Part shown: piece after piece, positions 29,529-39,358 of the stretch | Position numbering within the stretch: position 1 is the first letter of the stretch | How the letters are laid out: every line of letters begins with the position of its first letter | Origin: Abditibacterium sp. | Lineage (GTDB): Bacteria; Armatimonadota; Abditibacteriia; Abditibacteriales; Abditibacteriaceae | Length of the DNA stretch: 64,000 nucleotides | Assembly: GCA_965199495.1 (NCBI GenBank) | Contig: CBDASK010000003.1 | Location: 160,001 to 224,000, forward strand | Direction of reading: 5' to 3' | Made by a program: the position numbers and the translations under genes | Notes under the pieces: generated by a model | The model's input: only the letters and a program-made list of their open reading frames with translations | Database searches by the model: none | Told to the model about the DNA's origin: nothing

Positions 29529-31694
29529 TTAATGTTCGTGCGGCGTGGGCGCATCGCAACAACACAAATTCGGTTCCATATACCAACCAGCGGACGGCAC
29601 AGATGGCGCCGTGTCATCGCCGGGCGCGGGAGTGGCGCCCATGTGCATCATGTGCGCGTTTTTGTCCTGCATATGATCCACGACTTCGGCAGGCATAACG
29701 ACATAAGGCCGCATCATTTCGTGGTCTTCGTGTTCGAGAATATGACAATGATAGACATAACGCCCCGTCATACCGATGTTCGTTCCGCTTTTGGGCGCGG
29801 TGTCGCCGGGCGCGTAATCGCGGAAAGGCACGGCGATTGTCGTCAACTCCGCCGGATTGACGCGAATCGTGTCTTTCCAGCCCGTTTCAACTGCATCCAA
29901 TTTCTTGGGCCGTCCCTTGGGGTTGCGAATATGCGTCTCATAACCACCCAAATCGGGCACGCGCGCCGTATCGGAATACGACTCGCGCGACAGCAGTTTG
30001 AATTGAATCAGGTGAATGTGAACGGGATGCGTGTCGGGCGAGATATTGATGATTTTCCAGATTTCCACATCGCCATCGCGCGCCAGATAACGCACTGGAT
30101 CGCTGAACATTCCGGGCAACAAACAATACAACAGCGACTGGGCATCGCCGCGCTGTTGCAAAGCCAATTGCGTGGCTGGCAAATCAGCCACGCCGTCCCA
30201 CGCGCGCTGAACTCCGTTTTCGTCTCGGAGCGGCGCGCATTCCATCAACTGCAAAACGCCCGTGTCATCTTCGACCAGCGCCACCAAACGTTCGACGCTG
30301 GCGGCGCTCTGTGCGGCCTCGCACGTCCACGGCGTGGCTGATGCCAGCAGCGTTTGATCGGGATCGAGAAAACAGTGCTTGGCGCTTTTGCCTTTTACAT
30401 CAAAGCGCATAACTTGCGGGTAAGGCAGAAAATCGGCTTGGGGATTAGCGGCATCGGCGTCGTTTCCATCGAAGGGCGCCTTGGCAAAATTACGCAGTTC
30501 GACGCTGCCGACGATTCCGCTAAAATCCACCAAAACATCCACGCGCTCGGCGGGCGCCAGCGTGAGCGCGCCGTGTTCTGGCAAATTAATCGGCTTGCTC
30601 AACAAACCGCCGTCACTGCCAATCATCTGCATTGGCACGTTGACCCCATCGCCGTTTTCGTCGGTGAAGCGCAACCGATAAACGCGCGCGCTGCAACCGT
30701 TCAAAATCCGCAAGCGATAAACGTCTTTTTTGACCGTATGGCGCGGCCATATTACGCCATTAACCAGGGTCAACGGCCCAAAAAACTCCATCGGCGACTG
30801 GCCGACATCGGGGCGCGACTCTATCGTATCTTGTCCAGCAGTGCCCGTTTTGTGCAGCAATTGTCCGGCATCCACGCCTTCGTGTTGGCCCGCGCAAGTG
30901 ATGGCGCGATCTTGAAGCAGCAACAGCAATTCGTGGTCGTGGCTTCCGCACGGCAGATTCAGTGCTTTTTCGAGCGGATCGCGGATCAGATAAAACCCGG
31001 CCAAGCCCGCATAAACGTTGAGGCGGGTAAAACTCATGGCGTGGTCGTGATACCACAATAGCGTTCCCGGCTGATTGTTGGTGTAGGTATCGCGCTGTGA
31101 CTGGCCGGGATAAATCGCGTTTTCCGGCCAGCCATCGGAGTTGGATTCGCTGCGCCCGCCGTGCAGATGAACCACCGTCCAAGGCGGCAGTTTGGCCGCG
31201 CTGTGATCGTGTTCGCCCAACGTAAGTCCCGGCAAATTTTTCGAGGCGTGAACCTGGGGCGGCGTCAGGTTGGGGAACGAAACGTAGGCGGTCAAATTCG
31301 TCGCGGCGAAAACGGGATGTTTGGCCGCTTGACCATCCGGCCCGAACAATTCGTTTTTCCACTCGACGAAAGCGGTTTGCCCTTGATTGACCTCAATCGT
31401 CGGGCCAATAGGAGTTTGCGGGCCATCCAACGAACTCCCTGCGGCGCGATAAACCCACACTTTGGTCGAGGCGGTCAATTCGGGATGTAACTGCGCCATC
31501 GCGGGCACCATAACCATTTTCAAGCGGCCAGCGCTGTTGGGCCGCACCGTTGGGGCAATCGGCAACGTCGCCACATAAGGCGTCACCGGCAGGGGAAGTG
31601 GCTCTTCGAGAGGCGGATCATCTTGCCCATCAATCCAGGGAACGAAATCAACGGAATCGCACAGATTTTGCGCGAGCAAATCAGCTTGTGTCAT
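29529..31694 (-). CDS. Multicopper oxidase (CotA/bilirubin oxidase-like)
   Basis: HLHG, WYHDH, HPVHIHL, HCHILEHEDHEMM copper motifs. Confidence 0.95.
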   Translation of the reverse strand: MTQADLLAQNLCDSVDFVPWIDGQDDPPLEEPLPLPVTPYVATLPIAPTVRPNSAGRLKMVMVPAMAQLHPELTASTKVWVYRAAGSSLDGPQTPIGPTIEVNQGQTAFVEWKNELFGPDGQAAKHPVFAATNLTAYVSFPNLTPPQVHASKNLPGLTLGEHDHSAAKLPPWTVVHLHGGRSESNSDGWPENAIYPGQSQRDTYTNNQPGTLLWYHDHAMSFTRLNVYAGLAGFYLIRDPLEKALNLPCGSHDHELLLLLQDRAITCAGQHEGVDAGQLLHKTGTAGQDTIESRPDVGQSPMEFFGPLTLVNGVIWPRHTVKKDVYRLRILNGCSARVYRLRFTDENGDGVNVPMQMIGSDGGLLSKPINLPEHGALTLAPAERVDVLVDFSGIVGSVELRNFAKAPFDGNDADAANPQADFLPYPQVMRFDVKGKSAKHCFLDPDQTLLASATPWTCEAAQSAASVERLVALVEDDTGVLQLMECAPLRDENGVQRAWDGVADLPATQLALQQRGDAQSLLYCLLPGMFSDPVRYLARDGDVEIWKIINISPDTHPVHIHLIQFKLLSRESYSDTARVPDLGGYETHIRNPKGRPKKLDAVETGWKDTIRVNPAELTTIAVPFRDYAPGDTAPKSGTNIGMTGRYVYHCHILEHEDHEMMRPYVVMPAEVVDHMQDKNAHMMHMGATPAPGDDTAPSVPSAGWYMEPNLCCCDAPTPHEH

Positions 31695-31773
31695 GGAAGT
31701 TCTCCTTTAAATTCAGCGCCCGTGCCCATCGCGAAAGTCGCGTGGGCCGTCAAATTTCTCACGAGCGATTATC

Positions 31774-31815
31774 AAAAAAACCGCTATTTTTGGTTCAACT
31801 AAAATAGCGGTTTTT
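31774..31815. terminator. Terminator-like hairpin
   Basis: AAAAACCGCTATTTT..AAAATAGCGGTTTTT. Confidence 0.65.
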
Positions 31816-31964
31816 ATACCATATTCAATTTTTTAAATAGATTTTAAATTTATTTTTTACTCTCGATAATTATTTGACTTAACACTGGCAATTCAACGGA
31901 TAACATTTTCCGCAGTATATTTTGGTTTATATCACCGCATATATTTCTTTAACGCGCGTAGGAG

Positions 31965-33296
31965 TTACGGTTTGGCGCTTGCGTTGCCGTCTGTAATGCC
32001 CGGAATCGGCGGCGGCGCATCGCCAAACGCATCGGATGGGTTGTCGCCGACGCGAAAAGTGGTGGCGCCAGCGACTGTCGGCGCGTCGGCGGGCACATCA
32101 ACCGGGCCGTTGGCGGCGTTTTCGGTGACGTAGGGGAAATCAATGCGAATCCGCTCGACATTGGCCAGACAAGTATTGGCCCATGTCGGCAATGGCTTAT
32201 TGGCCAAAACCCAGAACGTCGGCATCGGCTCCCAATCTTTCTTGCCGACTTTCTGAACTTCAAAGGCGAATCGCGAAATCAAACTGTCGGTAAAAACCGG
32301 TTCGTTGATGTCGCTTACGTCGTAACGCGGGCGCAAAAACTGGCTGAATAAGGGCGCGGTGCCTTCCCACGAACGGTCGGTCGCCGAAACCGGGCCAACG
32401 ACCATCCACTGCGTCAGTTCGCGGATGTAATGGGTTTCAGGACTCATCGCGTGGTTGGCGGGCACGATCTGAAAACTGCCGACGACGCCATAGGGCGAGG
32501 TCGAAATATCAATCACGCCGTTGTGGTTGGCGCGCAAGCGTCCGACGCCCGAAAAATACGAACCGACGAAACGTCCGATGCCCAAAACCGGGCGCAAAAC
32601 GGTGCCAATGGCGCGTGGCTGTTCGTTGGCGTAGCGAATCGTGATCAGGCCGCCGAAACGGTTCTCGAAGATAATTTCGCGCGGATACCGCACGGGGCGC
32701 CGAATTTGGATGACCCAATTATCGCCCAATTTCGGCGTGTAATTGTTGGGCAGTGGCGTCAAAACGTTATTGCGGTCGTTATCCAAAAATATCGGATTGC
32801 CGACGAACGGCGTATAAACGCCGCCGAAAATGCCGGTTCCGCCGGGCATATCGGTGTAGGCGGCGCTTTGCGGCGAAACCTCCGATTGCAGCGAGTTTTT
32901 TCCCGCGTCGGTGTTGGACGAGGGCGCCAGACTCCAGATAATTCCGCGATCCAGTTTGGTGTTTTGCCCGGCTTTGAGGTGAATCGCGTTGACAGCCGTC
33001 GCCTCGACCGTGCCGGGCGGGCCGTAGCGCGCGGCGGTATAGCCAATCGGGTTGGTTTTAATCACGGGAACGGCAATATGGCCGACGGTTTCCCAAGTTT
33101 TTCCTTCGTCGCGCGAGCCTTCGATGACGCCGCCTTTGATGTTTTGCAAGCGCAGGCGCGCGATTTCGATGGTTTGGGTCTGGTTTTCGGATTCGACTTC
33201 GGGCGACGGCCCGTTGCCCGCCGTTGTCGCGTAAGTCGGAGTTTTCAGGCTGACGAGCGCGCAAAAGGCCAATAAAATGAGGGAGAGCTTTCTCAT
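31965..33296 (-). CDS. Exported conserved hypothetical protein
   Basis: Signal peptide; ATAVNAIH and GRLRANHNGVIDISTSP motifs. Confidence 0.85.
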   Translation of the reverse strand: MRKLSLILLAFCALVSLKTPTYATTAGNGPSPEVESENQTQTIEIARLRLQNIKGGVIEGSRDEGKTWETVGHIAVPVIKTNPIGYTAARYGPPGTVEATAVNAIHLKAGQNTKLDRGIIWSLAPSSNTDAGKNSLQSEVSPQSAAYTDMPGGTGIFGGVYTPFVGNPIFLDNDRNNVLTPLPNNYTPKLGDNWVIQIRRPVRYPREIIFENRFGGLITIRYANEQPRAIGTVLRPVLGIGRFVGSYFSGVGRLRANHNGVIDISTSPYGVVGSFQIVPANHAMSPETHYIRELTQWMVVGPVSATDRSWEGTAPLFSQFLRPRYDVSDINEPVFTDSLISRFAFEVQKVGKKDWEPMPTFWVLANKPLPTWANTCLANVERIRIDFPYVTENAANGPVDVPADAPTVAGATTFRVGDNPSDAFGDAPPPIPGITDGNASAKP

Positions 33297-33450
33297 GGTG
33301 GGAATTTCGTTTGCAACGCTTCGATGCGCGGGTTCAACCGACGCGCCAGAGTTTTGGCAAACAACGGAGAGACAGTCTAAAGCCTTCGTCCGTTGCGCTT
33401 CCCCTTCGCCCTCGTCCCGATTTTCAAGTTCAGTGGAGAATTAACATTTT

Positions 33451-35025
33451 ATGGCCCTTTCCGCCGCCGCGCGCGCCGCGCTCGATCAATTCAAGTCCCA
33501 ACAAAACTCGTCACAATATGTAGACGACGAACTCGCCCCAACAGCAGCCACGGCGCCCGCGCCCACGATGCAAATTCCGCCGCCCGTTGTGCCCTTCGTG
33601 CCCGTGGCTGTTGCGCACGATGCCAAGCTCAACGGCGCCGCGCCTTCGGAAGTCGCGCACTGGGAGCGCATCAACGACCCTTCGACGGCGATTCAAATGG
33701 GCGGATTATTCCGGCCCGAACAGCCCAAAACCTTTCGCGAAAGCGGCATTTCGTATCGCGTTTTGGAAGGTCTGATTCTGAAAATCATCAAGCAGGAAGG
33801 CCCGCAAAACGAGGCGCAACTCGCCGATATGATGAAGATTTCGGCCAACGTGTTTCGCGAGATTTTGAGTTCGCTCAACAAGCGCGAACTTTTGGACACG
33901 CCGATGCCGTTGCACTACGATTTGACCGGCAAGGGCCGCGAACTGGTCGCAATGGTCGAAAAAGAAGACGGTTATATCGGCCCGGCGCCCGTGCCGTTTT
34001 CGCAATACGTCGCGATGGTCGAGCAGCAGGCCAAGCGCGAGCGGCGCATTACCATGAACGAAATGGACGAAGTTTTCGCTTCGTATCCGATGCGGCCCGA
34101 ACTGAAAAACACGCTCAAAGAAGGCTTCAACTCGCAGCGCGTGATGATTTTCTACGGCCCGCCCGGCAACGGCAAATCGCTCATCACCGATAACTTGCAC
34201 CGACTTTTGCGCGAACCGGTTTTGCTGCCGTATGCGTTCGAGTTCAACTCGAAAGTCGTCAAATTATACGACGGCGCGTTTCACCACACCAAAGACGATT
34301 TGATGAAACACGAAGAGGACGAAACCGCCGGTAGCGTTTCGACGGCGGGCAAACCCGACCGCCGCTGGCTGATCTGCGATCCGCCTTTGGTTGTCGTGGG
34401 AACCGAGTTCAAAGTCGCGCAGTTCGACATCACTTTTGACGGCCAATACTTCGCTCCGCCGCACATGAAAGCCAACAACGGCATCTTCATTTTCGACGAT
34501 CTGGGGCGCCAGGCCGAAGATCATAATATGATTTTGAACCAGTTCATTTATCCGCTCGAACATCGCGCCAGCATCATTCGTTTCGCCGGTGGCAGCAGCT
34601 TGCGCGCGCCGTTTTTGCAGCGCTTGTTTCTTTCGACCAACCTCAACCACGAAGATATTTTGGACGACGCGTTCAAGCGCCGCCTGTTGTATCAAGTTTT
34701 GGTGGATCGTCCGACGACGAAGTTGTGGAAGCAGATTTTCATGAACGAATCGGGCAAAGTCGGCATCGAGAAAGGCGCCGCCGCGCTGTTTGCCGATCAG
34801 GTCGTGGATTGGTATCGCGCCGATGACCGCGTTTTCCGCGCCTGCGACCCGCGCAACCTGATGGTGATGGTGGACGCCAGCCTCGATCCAGGACAGACCG
34901 CCGCGCAGATGCTCGATATGAATTTGATGCGCAACGTCTACGAACGCTACCCGGCGGCGCTGCGCAAAGACGCCAAGTTCTTCGTCGGCTCGATGGACTC
35001 GACCGGCGCGGGCGACGAAGAGTAA
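33451..35025 (+). CDS. AAA+ family ATPase of unknown function
   Basis: GPPGNGKS, IFIFDDLGRQ, STNL, DDAFKRRL. Confidence 0.9.
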   Translation: MALSAAARAALDQFKSQQNSSQYVDDELAPTAATAPAPTMQIPPPVVPFVPVAVAHDAKLNGAAPSEVAHWERINDPSTAIQMGGLFRPEQPKTFRESGISYRVLEGLILKIIKQEGPQNEAQLADMMKISANVFREILSSLNKRELLDTPMPLHYDLTGKGRELVAMVEKEDGYIGPAPVPFSQYVAMVEQQAKRERRITMNEMDEVFASYPMRPELKNTLKEGFNSQRVMIFYGPPGNGKSLITDNLHRLLREPVLLPYAFEFNSKVVKLYDGAFHHTKDDLMKHEEDETAGSVSTAGKPDRRWLICDPPLVVVGTEFKVAQFDITFDGQYFAPPHMKANNGIFIFDDLGRQAEDHNMILNQFIYPLEHRASIIRFAGGSSLRAPFLQRLFLSTNLNHEDILDDAFKRRLLYQVLVDRPTTKLWKQIFMNESGKVGIEKGAAALFADQVVDWYRADDRVFRACDPRNLMVMVDASLDPGQTAAQMLDMNLMRNVYERYPAALRKDAKFFVGSMDSTGAGDEE

Positions 35026-35045
35026 CGGCGAAAACTGGCAACAGA

Positions 35046-35241
35046 ATAAGATTTATGAATTGGTCGGGCCTGTCATTTCGAGTGAGGCACGAACCGAGAA
35101 ATCTTGCGCCCGCGCGGCAGCGCAATTTGAAATCACTTTCACGTTCAAGACAAAGCGTGGTCTGCGCTGCCGCGCGGGCGCAAGATTTCTCGGTTCGTGC
35201 CTCACTCGAAATGACAGGCCCGACCAATTCATAAATCTTAT
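35046..35241. repeat. Palindrome family F with perfect arms of about 77 bp
   Basis: ATAAGATTTATGAATTGGTCGGGCCTGTCATTTCGAG.. and its reverse complement. Confidence 0.92.
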
Positions 35242-35311
35242 AAAAAAGCAAATCTAAGCATTAAACCTACGCAAACGGCGAATCTCGTGAACTATTGCGT
35301 CCAGATTCTTT

Positions 35312-37297
35312 ATGAACATGGGTTTACGGGCGAAATCTGTTTTAGCGCTTTGTTTTTGCATCGGCGTGGTGTCGCTATTGGCGTGGTTTGCCGGGGCGCA
35401 GGCGTTGGCTTCCATTGAGGCCAATCTGGGCGCGGCCTTCGCGCGCAACGCGACGCAATACAGCAAGCAGCGCATTCTCGCGCCGGTCGCGCGCGAGTTG
35501 GCGTTGTCGCAGCGTTTGGCCGATTCGCAGGTCACCAAACGCTTTTTGCTCGATCCCAAAAACGACGCCAAACGCGAACTCTTTTTCGATGAAGCCGAAG
35601 GTTACCGGCGCGCTTTCGACGATCATTCTTACTTCATCGTCGCGCGCGATTCGGGCGATTATTATTTCAACGACAGCAAAACTAAGTTCAGCAATCGCGC
35701 GCGCTACGCTTTAAAGCGCGGCGTGGCTCACGACGCGTGGTTTTTCGCGACGATGCGCAAAACCGAAGATTTCAATATCAACGTTGATCCTGATGTCGAA
35801 CTGAAAGTCACCAAAGTCTGGTTCAACGTTTTAGTTAAAGATAAAGGCGAAAACATCGGATTGGCGGGCACGGGTTTGGATTTGACGGAGTTTCTCAATC
35901 GCTTTATCACCGCGCACGAACCGGGCGTGACGCCGATGATTCTCAACGGCGCGGGCGCGATTCAGGCGCATCCCAATCGCAAGTTGATTGATTATTCGTC
36001 GGTCAACGACAAGGGCGGCGCGCACTCGACGATTTACAATCTGCTGCCGCGCGCCGACGACCAAAAATTGATGAAAGATGCGTTGGAAAAGGCGCGGCAA
36101 GACCCGGAAAATATCCCGCAGTTTTGGGCGCGTCTGGACAATAAACGCGAGCTGTTCGCGGTTTCGTTCGTGCCCGAATTGAACTGGTTCATCGTCAACG
36201 CCGTGGATGTGAGCGCCGCGCAAGTCGTGGATTCGCGATTGTGGTTGCCGCTGTTGGGCGGCGGCGTGGCTCTATTATTGTTGCTGGTCGGAGCGATCAT
36301 GTTTTGGGTCAACCGGCTGATTTTGGCGCCACTTTTCAAACTCACCGATTCGGCGCGGGCGTTGGGCGCGGGCCATTATAACGTCGAATTGCCGCCCGCC
36401 AGCCGCGACGAAATGGGCGATTTGACGCGCGCCTTTGGCGCGATGGCGGCGCAGGTGCGCTCGCATACCGACGAATTGGAAGGCAAAGTCGCGCAGCGCA
36501 CGCACGAGTTGGTCGAGGCCAACGACCAGATGGCGCACGCCAACCAGCAAATCGGCGACAGCATTCAGGCCGCCAGTCTGATTCAAAATGCGATTCTGCC
36601 CGACCGCGAAATGCAGCGCAACTTTTCCGAACATCACTTCGTGCTGTGGAAACCGCGCGATGTCGTGGGCGGCGACTTTTACGTGTTTCGCGCCGCGCAA
36701 AATGGTTATCTCATCGGCGTCGTGGATTGCGCGGGCCACGGCGTGCCCGGCGCCTTTATGACAATGATTGCCTACGCCGTTCTGGGCGTTGCGATGGACA
36801 CGCAGGGATTGACCAATCCGGCCTGTTTGCTCACCGAAATGGACGACAAACTGCGCGCGATGCTGAGCAGCGACCCGAAAAATGATGGCGTCGCCACCAA
36901 CATGGACGCCGGTTTGGCTTACGTGGATTTAGAGCGGAAAACCGTGACTTACGCGGGCGCCAAAATTTCGCTTTACGCCTGCGATGGCAAAAACGTAGAG
37001 GAAACCAAAGGCGACCGCACGTCAATCGGCGGCAAACGCGTGCCGAGTTTTAGCAACAAAATTGTCGAACTCAACCCGCAAACCACGTTTTACATCACGA
37101 CCGACGGCTTGCTCGATCAGGCGGGCGGGCCAAAAGGTTATGGCTTTGGCAACGCGCGTTTCGCCGAACTGTTGCTGCGCCAATCGCAACGCGAATTGGA
37201 GCAGCAACGCGCGGCGTTCGATTCCGAACTGCTCGAATATCAGGGCGAATTGCCCCAACGCGATGACGTGACGCTGGTTTCGTTTCGCTTCGATTGA
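35312..37297 (+). CDS. siaA: SiaA-type sensor/HAMP/PP2C (SpoIIE) phosphatase
   Basis: GLRAKSVLAL, two TMs, HAMP, VGGDFY, DCAGHGVPGA, TDGLLDQAGG, QRDDVT. Confidence 0.9.
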   Translation: MNMGLRAKSVLALCFCIGVVSLLAWFAGAQALASIEANLGAAFARNATQYSKQRILAPVARELALSQRLADSQVTKRFLLDPKNDAKRELFFDEAEGYRRAFDDHSYFIVARDSGDYYFNDSKTKFSNRARYALKRGVAHDAWFFATMRKTEDFNINVDPDVELKVTKVWFNVLVKDKGENIGLAGTGLDLTEFLNRFITAHEPGVTPMILNGAGAIQAHPNRKLIDYSSVNDKGGAHSTIYNLLPRADDQKLMKDALEKARQDPENIPQFWARLDNKRELFAVSFVPELNWFIVNAVDVSAAQVVDSRLWLPLLGGGVALLLLLVGAIMFWVNRLILAPLFKLTDSARALGAGHYNVELPPASRDEMGDLTRAFGAMAAQVRSHTDELEGKVAQRTHELVEANDQMAHANQQIGDSIQAASLIQNAILPDREMQRNFSEHHFVLWKPRDVVGGDFYVFRAAQNGYLIGVVDCAGHGVPGAFMTMIAYAVLGVAMDTQGLTNPACLLTEMDDKLRAMLSSDPKNDGVATNMDAGLAYVDLERKTVTYAGAKISLYACDGKNVEETKGDRTSIGGKRVPSFSNKIVELNPQTTFYITTDGLLDQAGGPKGYGFGNARFAELLLRQSQRELEQQRAAFDSELLEYQGELPQRDDVTLVSFRFD

Positions 37298-37303
37298 GTA
37301 TGG

Positions 37304-37447
37304 AAGCGAATAAATTCGCAGCCACAATTAAGTGTCGGCCAGCGCCGACACGAGGAAATTTTGAGAGTAAAGCCAGTTCTTCTTCATAACAACTTCTTCG
37401 TGTCGGCGCAGGCCGACACTTAACTGTGGCTGCGAATTTATTCGCTT
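37304..37447. repeat. Palindrome family G (GCGAATAAATTCGC)
   Basis: Inverted arms; relative at 40511-40639. Confidence 0.88.
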
Positions 37448-37512
37448 AATATACCGGGAAATAGATTTCGCACTACTTCACTTCAATTAATCGCCAGTTT
37501 CTCTTACTTTCA

Positions 37513-38070
37513 ATGGAACATACCGACCTCTTTCGCTTGCGCGAAACCTACAATTCACAGCAGATGATGCTCTGCTTCAACGGGCCTTTTTCGCAGGGTC
37601 TCATCGAAGAAATCGGCAGCGCCCTGCGCCGCTATATGGAAGCCGAAACCGAAAATTCGTCGGCCTCGGCTTCGGCGGCGCGCGATGTTTTCGCGGTCTA
37701 TATCGAGATCACGCAAAACATTCGGCACTATTGCCAGTCGCGCGAATACAACGACACCGACGCCAGTGCGACGGTCGTCATCGGGCGCGATGTCGCCGGG
37801 CATTACGTGATTTCGGCGGGCAACATCGTCGAGAACGCCGACGCCGACGCCGTCATCGAAAAGGTCAATTCGTTGGCTCAACTCGATAAAGCCCAACTCA
37901 AAGCGGCCTACAAAGAACAGATGCGCCGTCCGGTCGAACACGACGGCAAAAGTGGCGCGGGATTGGGATTGATTGACATCGCGCGCAAAGCGAGCGAACC
38001 GGTTTCGTGTTCGCTGCACCCGATGGAATCGAAGACGCAGAGTTTTTTCAGCCTGTGCGTCGTTATCTAA
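37513..38070 (+). CDS. siaB: SiaB-type kinase
   Basis: CFNGPFSQGLIEEIG.ALRRY, VFAVYIEITQNIRHY, GAGLGLIDIARKAS. Confidence 0.9.
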   Translation: MEHTDLFRLRETYNSQQMMLCFNGPFSQGLIEEIGSALRRYMEAETENSSASASAARDVFAVYIEITQNIRHYCQSREYNDTDASATVVIGRDVAGHYVISAGNIVENADADAVIEKVNSLAQLDKAQLKAAYKEQMRRPVEHDGKSGAGLGLIDIARKASEPVSCSLHPMESKTQSFFSLCVVI

Positions 38071-38124
38071 ACTAACACGTTACCGCACTTTTATTATATG
38101 CTTTCGCTTCATGCGCTTCCGACC

Positions 38125-38505
38125 ATGAGTAAAATCGAACTTTCCGCCACGACGTCCACGCCCGCAATTACCGCCGATGAGCAAACCGGCCACTTAGAAA
38201 TGCGCGGCGATTCTTATCCCGAAAACTCGTTCGAGTTCTTCGCGCCCATCGTCGAATGGGTGCAAGATTACCTCAAAACGCCCAATAATTCGCTCGATGT
38301 CGCGCTGCATCTGCTCTACCTCAACACCAGCAGCGTGCGCGCGATGATGGATATTTTCGAGTTGCTCGAAGACGCCCACAACAGCAGCCACGCCGTCTGT
38401 GTGCGGTGGTTCTACGACGAAGATAACGACCGCATCGCCGAACTCGCCGAAGAGTTCAAAGAAGATTGCACCTTTCCCTTTGACATTTTGCCAACGCCCG
38501 CCTAA
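38125..38505 (+). CDS. siaC: SiaC regulatory phosphoprotein (DUF1987)
   Basis: GDSYPENSFEFF, LLYLNTSSVRAMMDIF, ELAEEFKEDCTFPF. Confidence 0.92.
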   Translation: MSKIELSATTSTPAITADEQTGHLEMRGDSYPENSFEFFAPIVEWVQDYLKTPNNSLDVALHLLYLNTSSVRAMMDIFELLEDAHNSSHAVCVRWFYDEDNDRIAELAEEFKEDCTFPFDILPTPA

Positions 38506-38539
38506 TTGTCATTAGAGGCCATCAAAATCGAGATTCCTT

Positions 38540-39358
38540 ATGCTTATGCGCGACACGATTCCCAATCTGGACACGGAAATAGACGACCTGCTGGCCGATG
38601 CGCAGTATGAAGGTCATCCTCTGCGCGCGGCTTTGGAGCAGCTCTACCAACGCCAGCAAGACCAAGTCGGGCAACTGGAACGCTTAACTTCAATTTCCGA
38701 TGGTTACCAATCGGTCTTAAATAAACGTTATCAAACGTTGACGGAGCGCCATCAAAAGCAACTGCGTCAACTCCAGAAAATCGTCAAAATCTCCGATCAT
38801 TACCAGCAGATGTTGCAGGATTTGAACGATACGCTGCGCATCGCCTCGACGCAAGACCCGCTCACCGGCTTGTTCAACCGGCGTCTGATGCTCGACCGTT
38901 TGGAAAACGAGGCGGCTTTGACCAACCGGCGCAACAACGTGTTTTCGGTTTTGATGATTGACATCGATCATTTCAAAAACGTCAACGATACATGGGGCCA
39001 TCACGCGGGCGATAACGCGTTGATGCTCGTCGCCAGCGCCCTGAAAATGGCGCTGCGTTCGTCGGATATTTGCGCGCGCTGGGGCGGCGAAGAGTTTTTG
39101 ATTTTGCTGCCCGATACGAGCGAAAGCGGCGGAATGGAAATCGCCACGCGCTTGCTGGCGGCGATTCGCGCGCTACGCATTCCCGAAATGCCCGCGACCC
39201 AGAATTTGACCGTGAGCATCGGCGTAGCGCGGCACCAACGCGGCGATAAATTAGAGGAAACGCTCAAAAACGCCGACCGCGCACTTTACGCGGCCAAGGC
39301 GCGCGGTCGCGATTGCATCGTCAGGGCGTTGGAATTGGAAGATTGTCCGCCCGCGTAA
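38540..39358 (+). CDS. siaD: Diguanylate cyclase SiaD
   Basis: LERLTSISDGYQ coiled coil, DPLTGLFNRR, RWGGEEF. Confidence 0.92.
   Translation: MLMRDTIPNLDTEIDDLLADAQYEGHPLRAALEQLYQRQQDQVGQLERLTSISDGYQSVLNKRYQTLTERHQKQLRQLQKIVKISDHYQQMLQDLNDTLRIASTQDPLTGLFNRRLMLDRLENEAALTNRRNNVFSVLMIDIDHFKNVNDTWGHHAGDNALMLVASALKMALRSSDICARWGGEEFLILLPDTSESGGMEIATRLLAAIRALRIPEMPATQNLTVSIGVARHQRGDKLEETLKNADRALYAAKARGRDCIVRALELEDCPPA

Noticed and set aside
34739..35257. Mirror ORFs 34739-35251(-) and 35060-35257(+) with identical peptide stretches
   Set aside because: Artefact of a perfect palindromic repeat.
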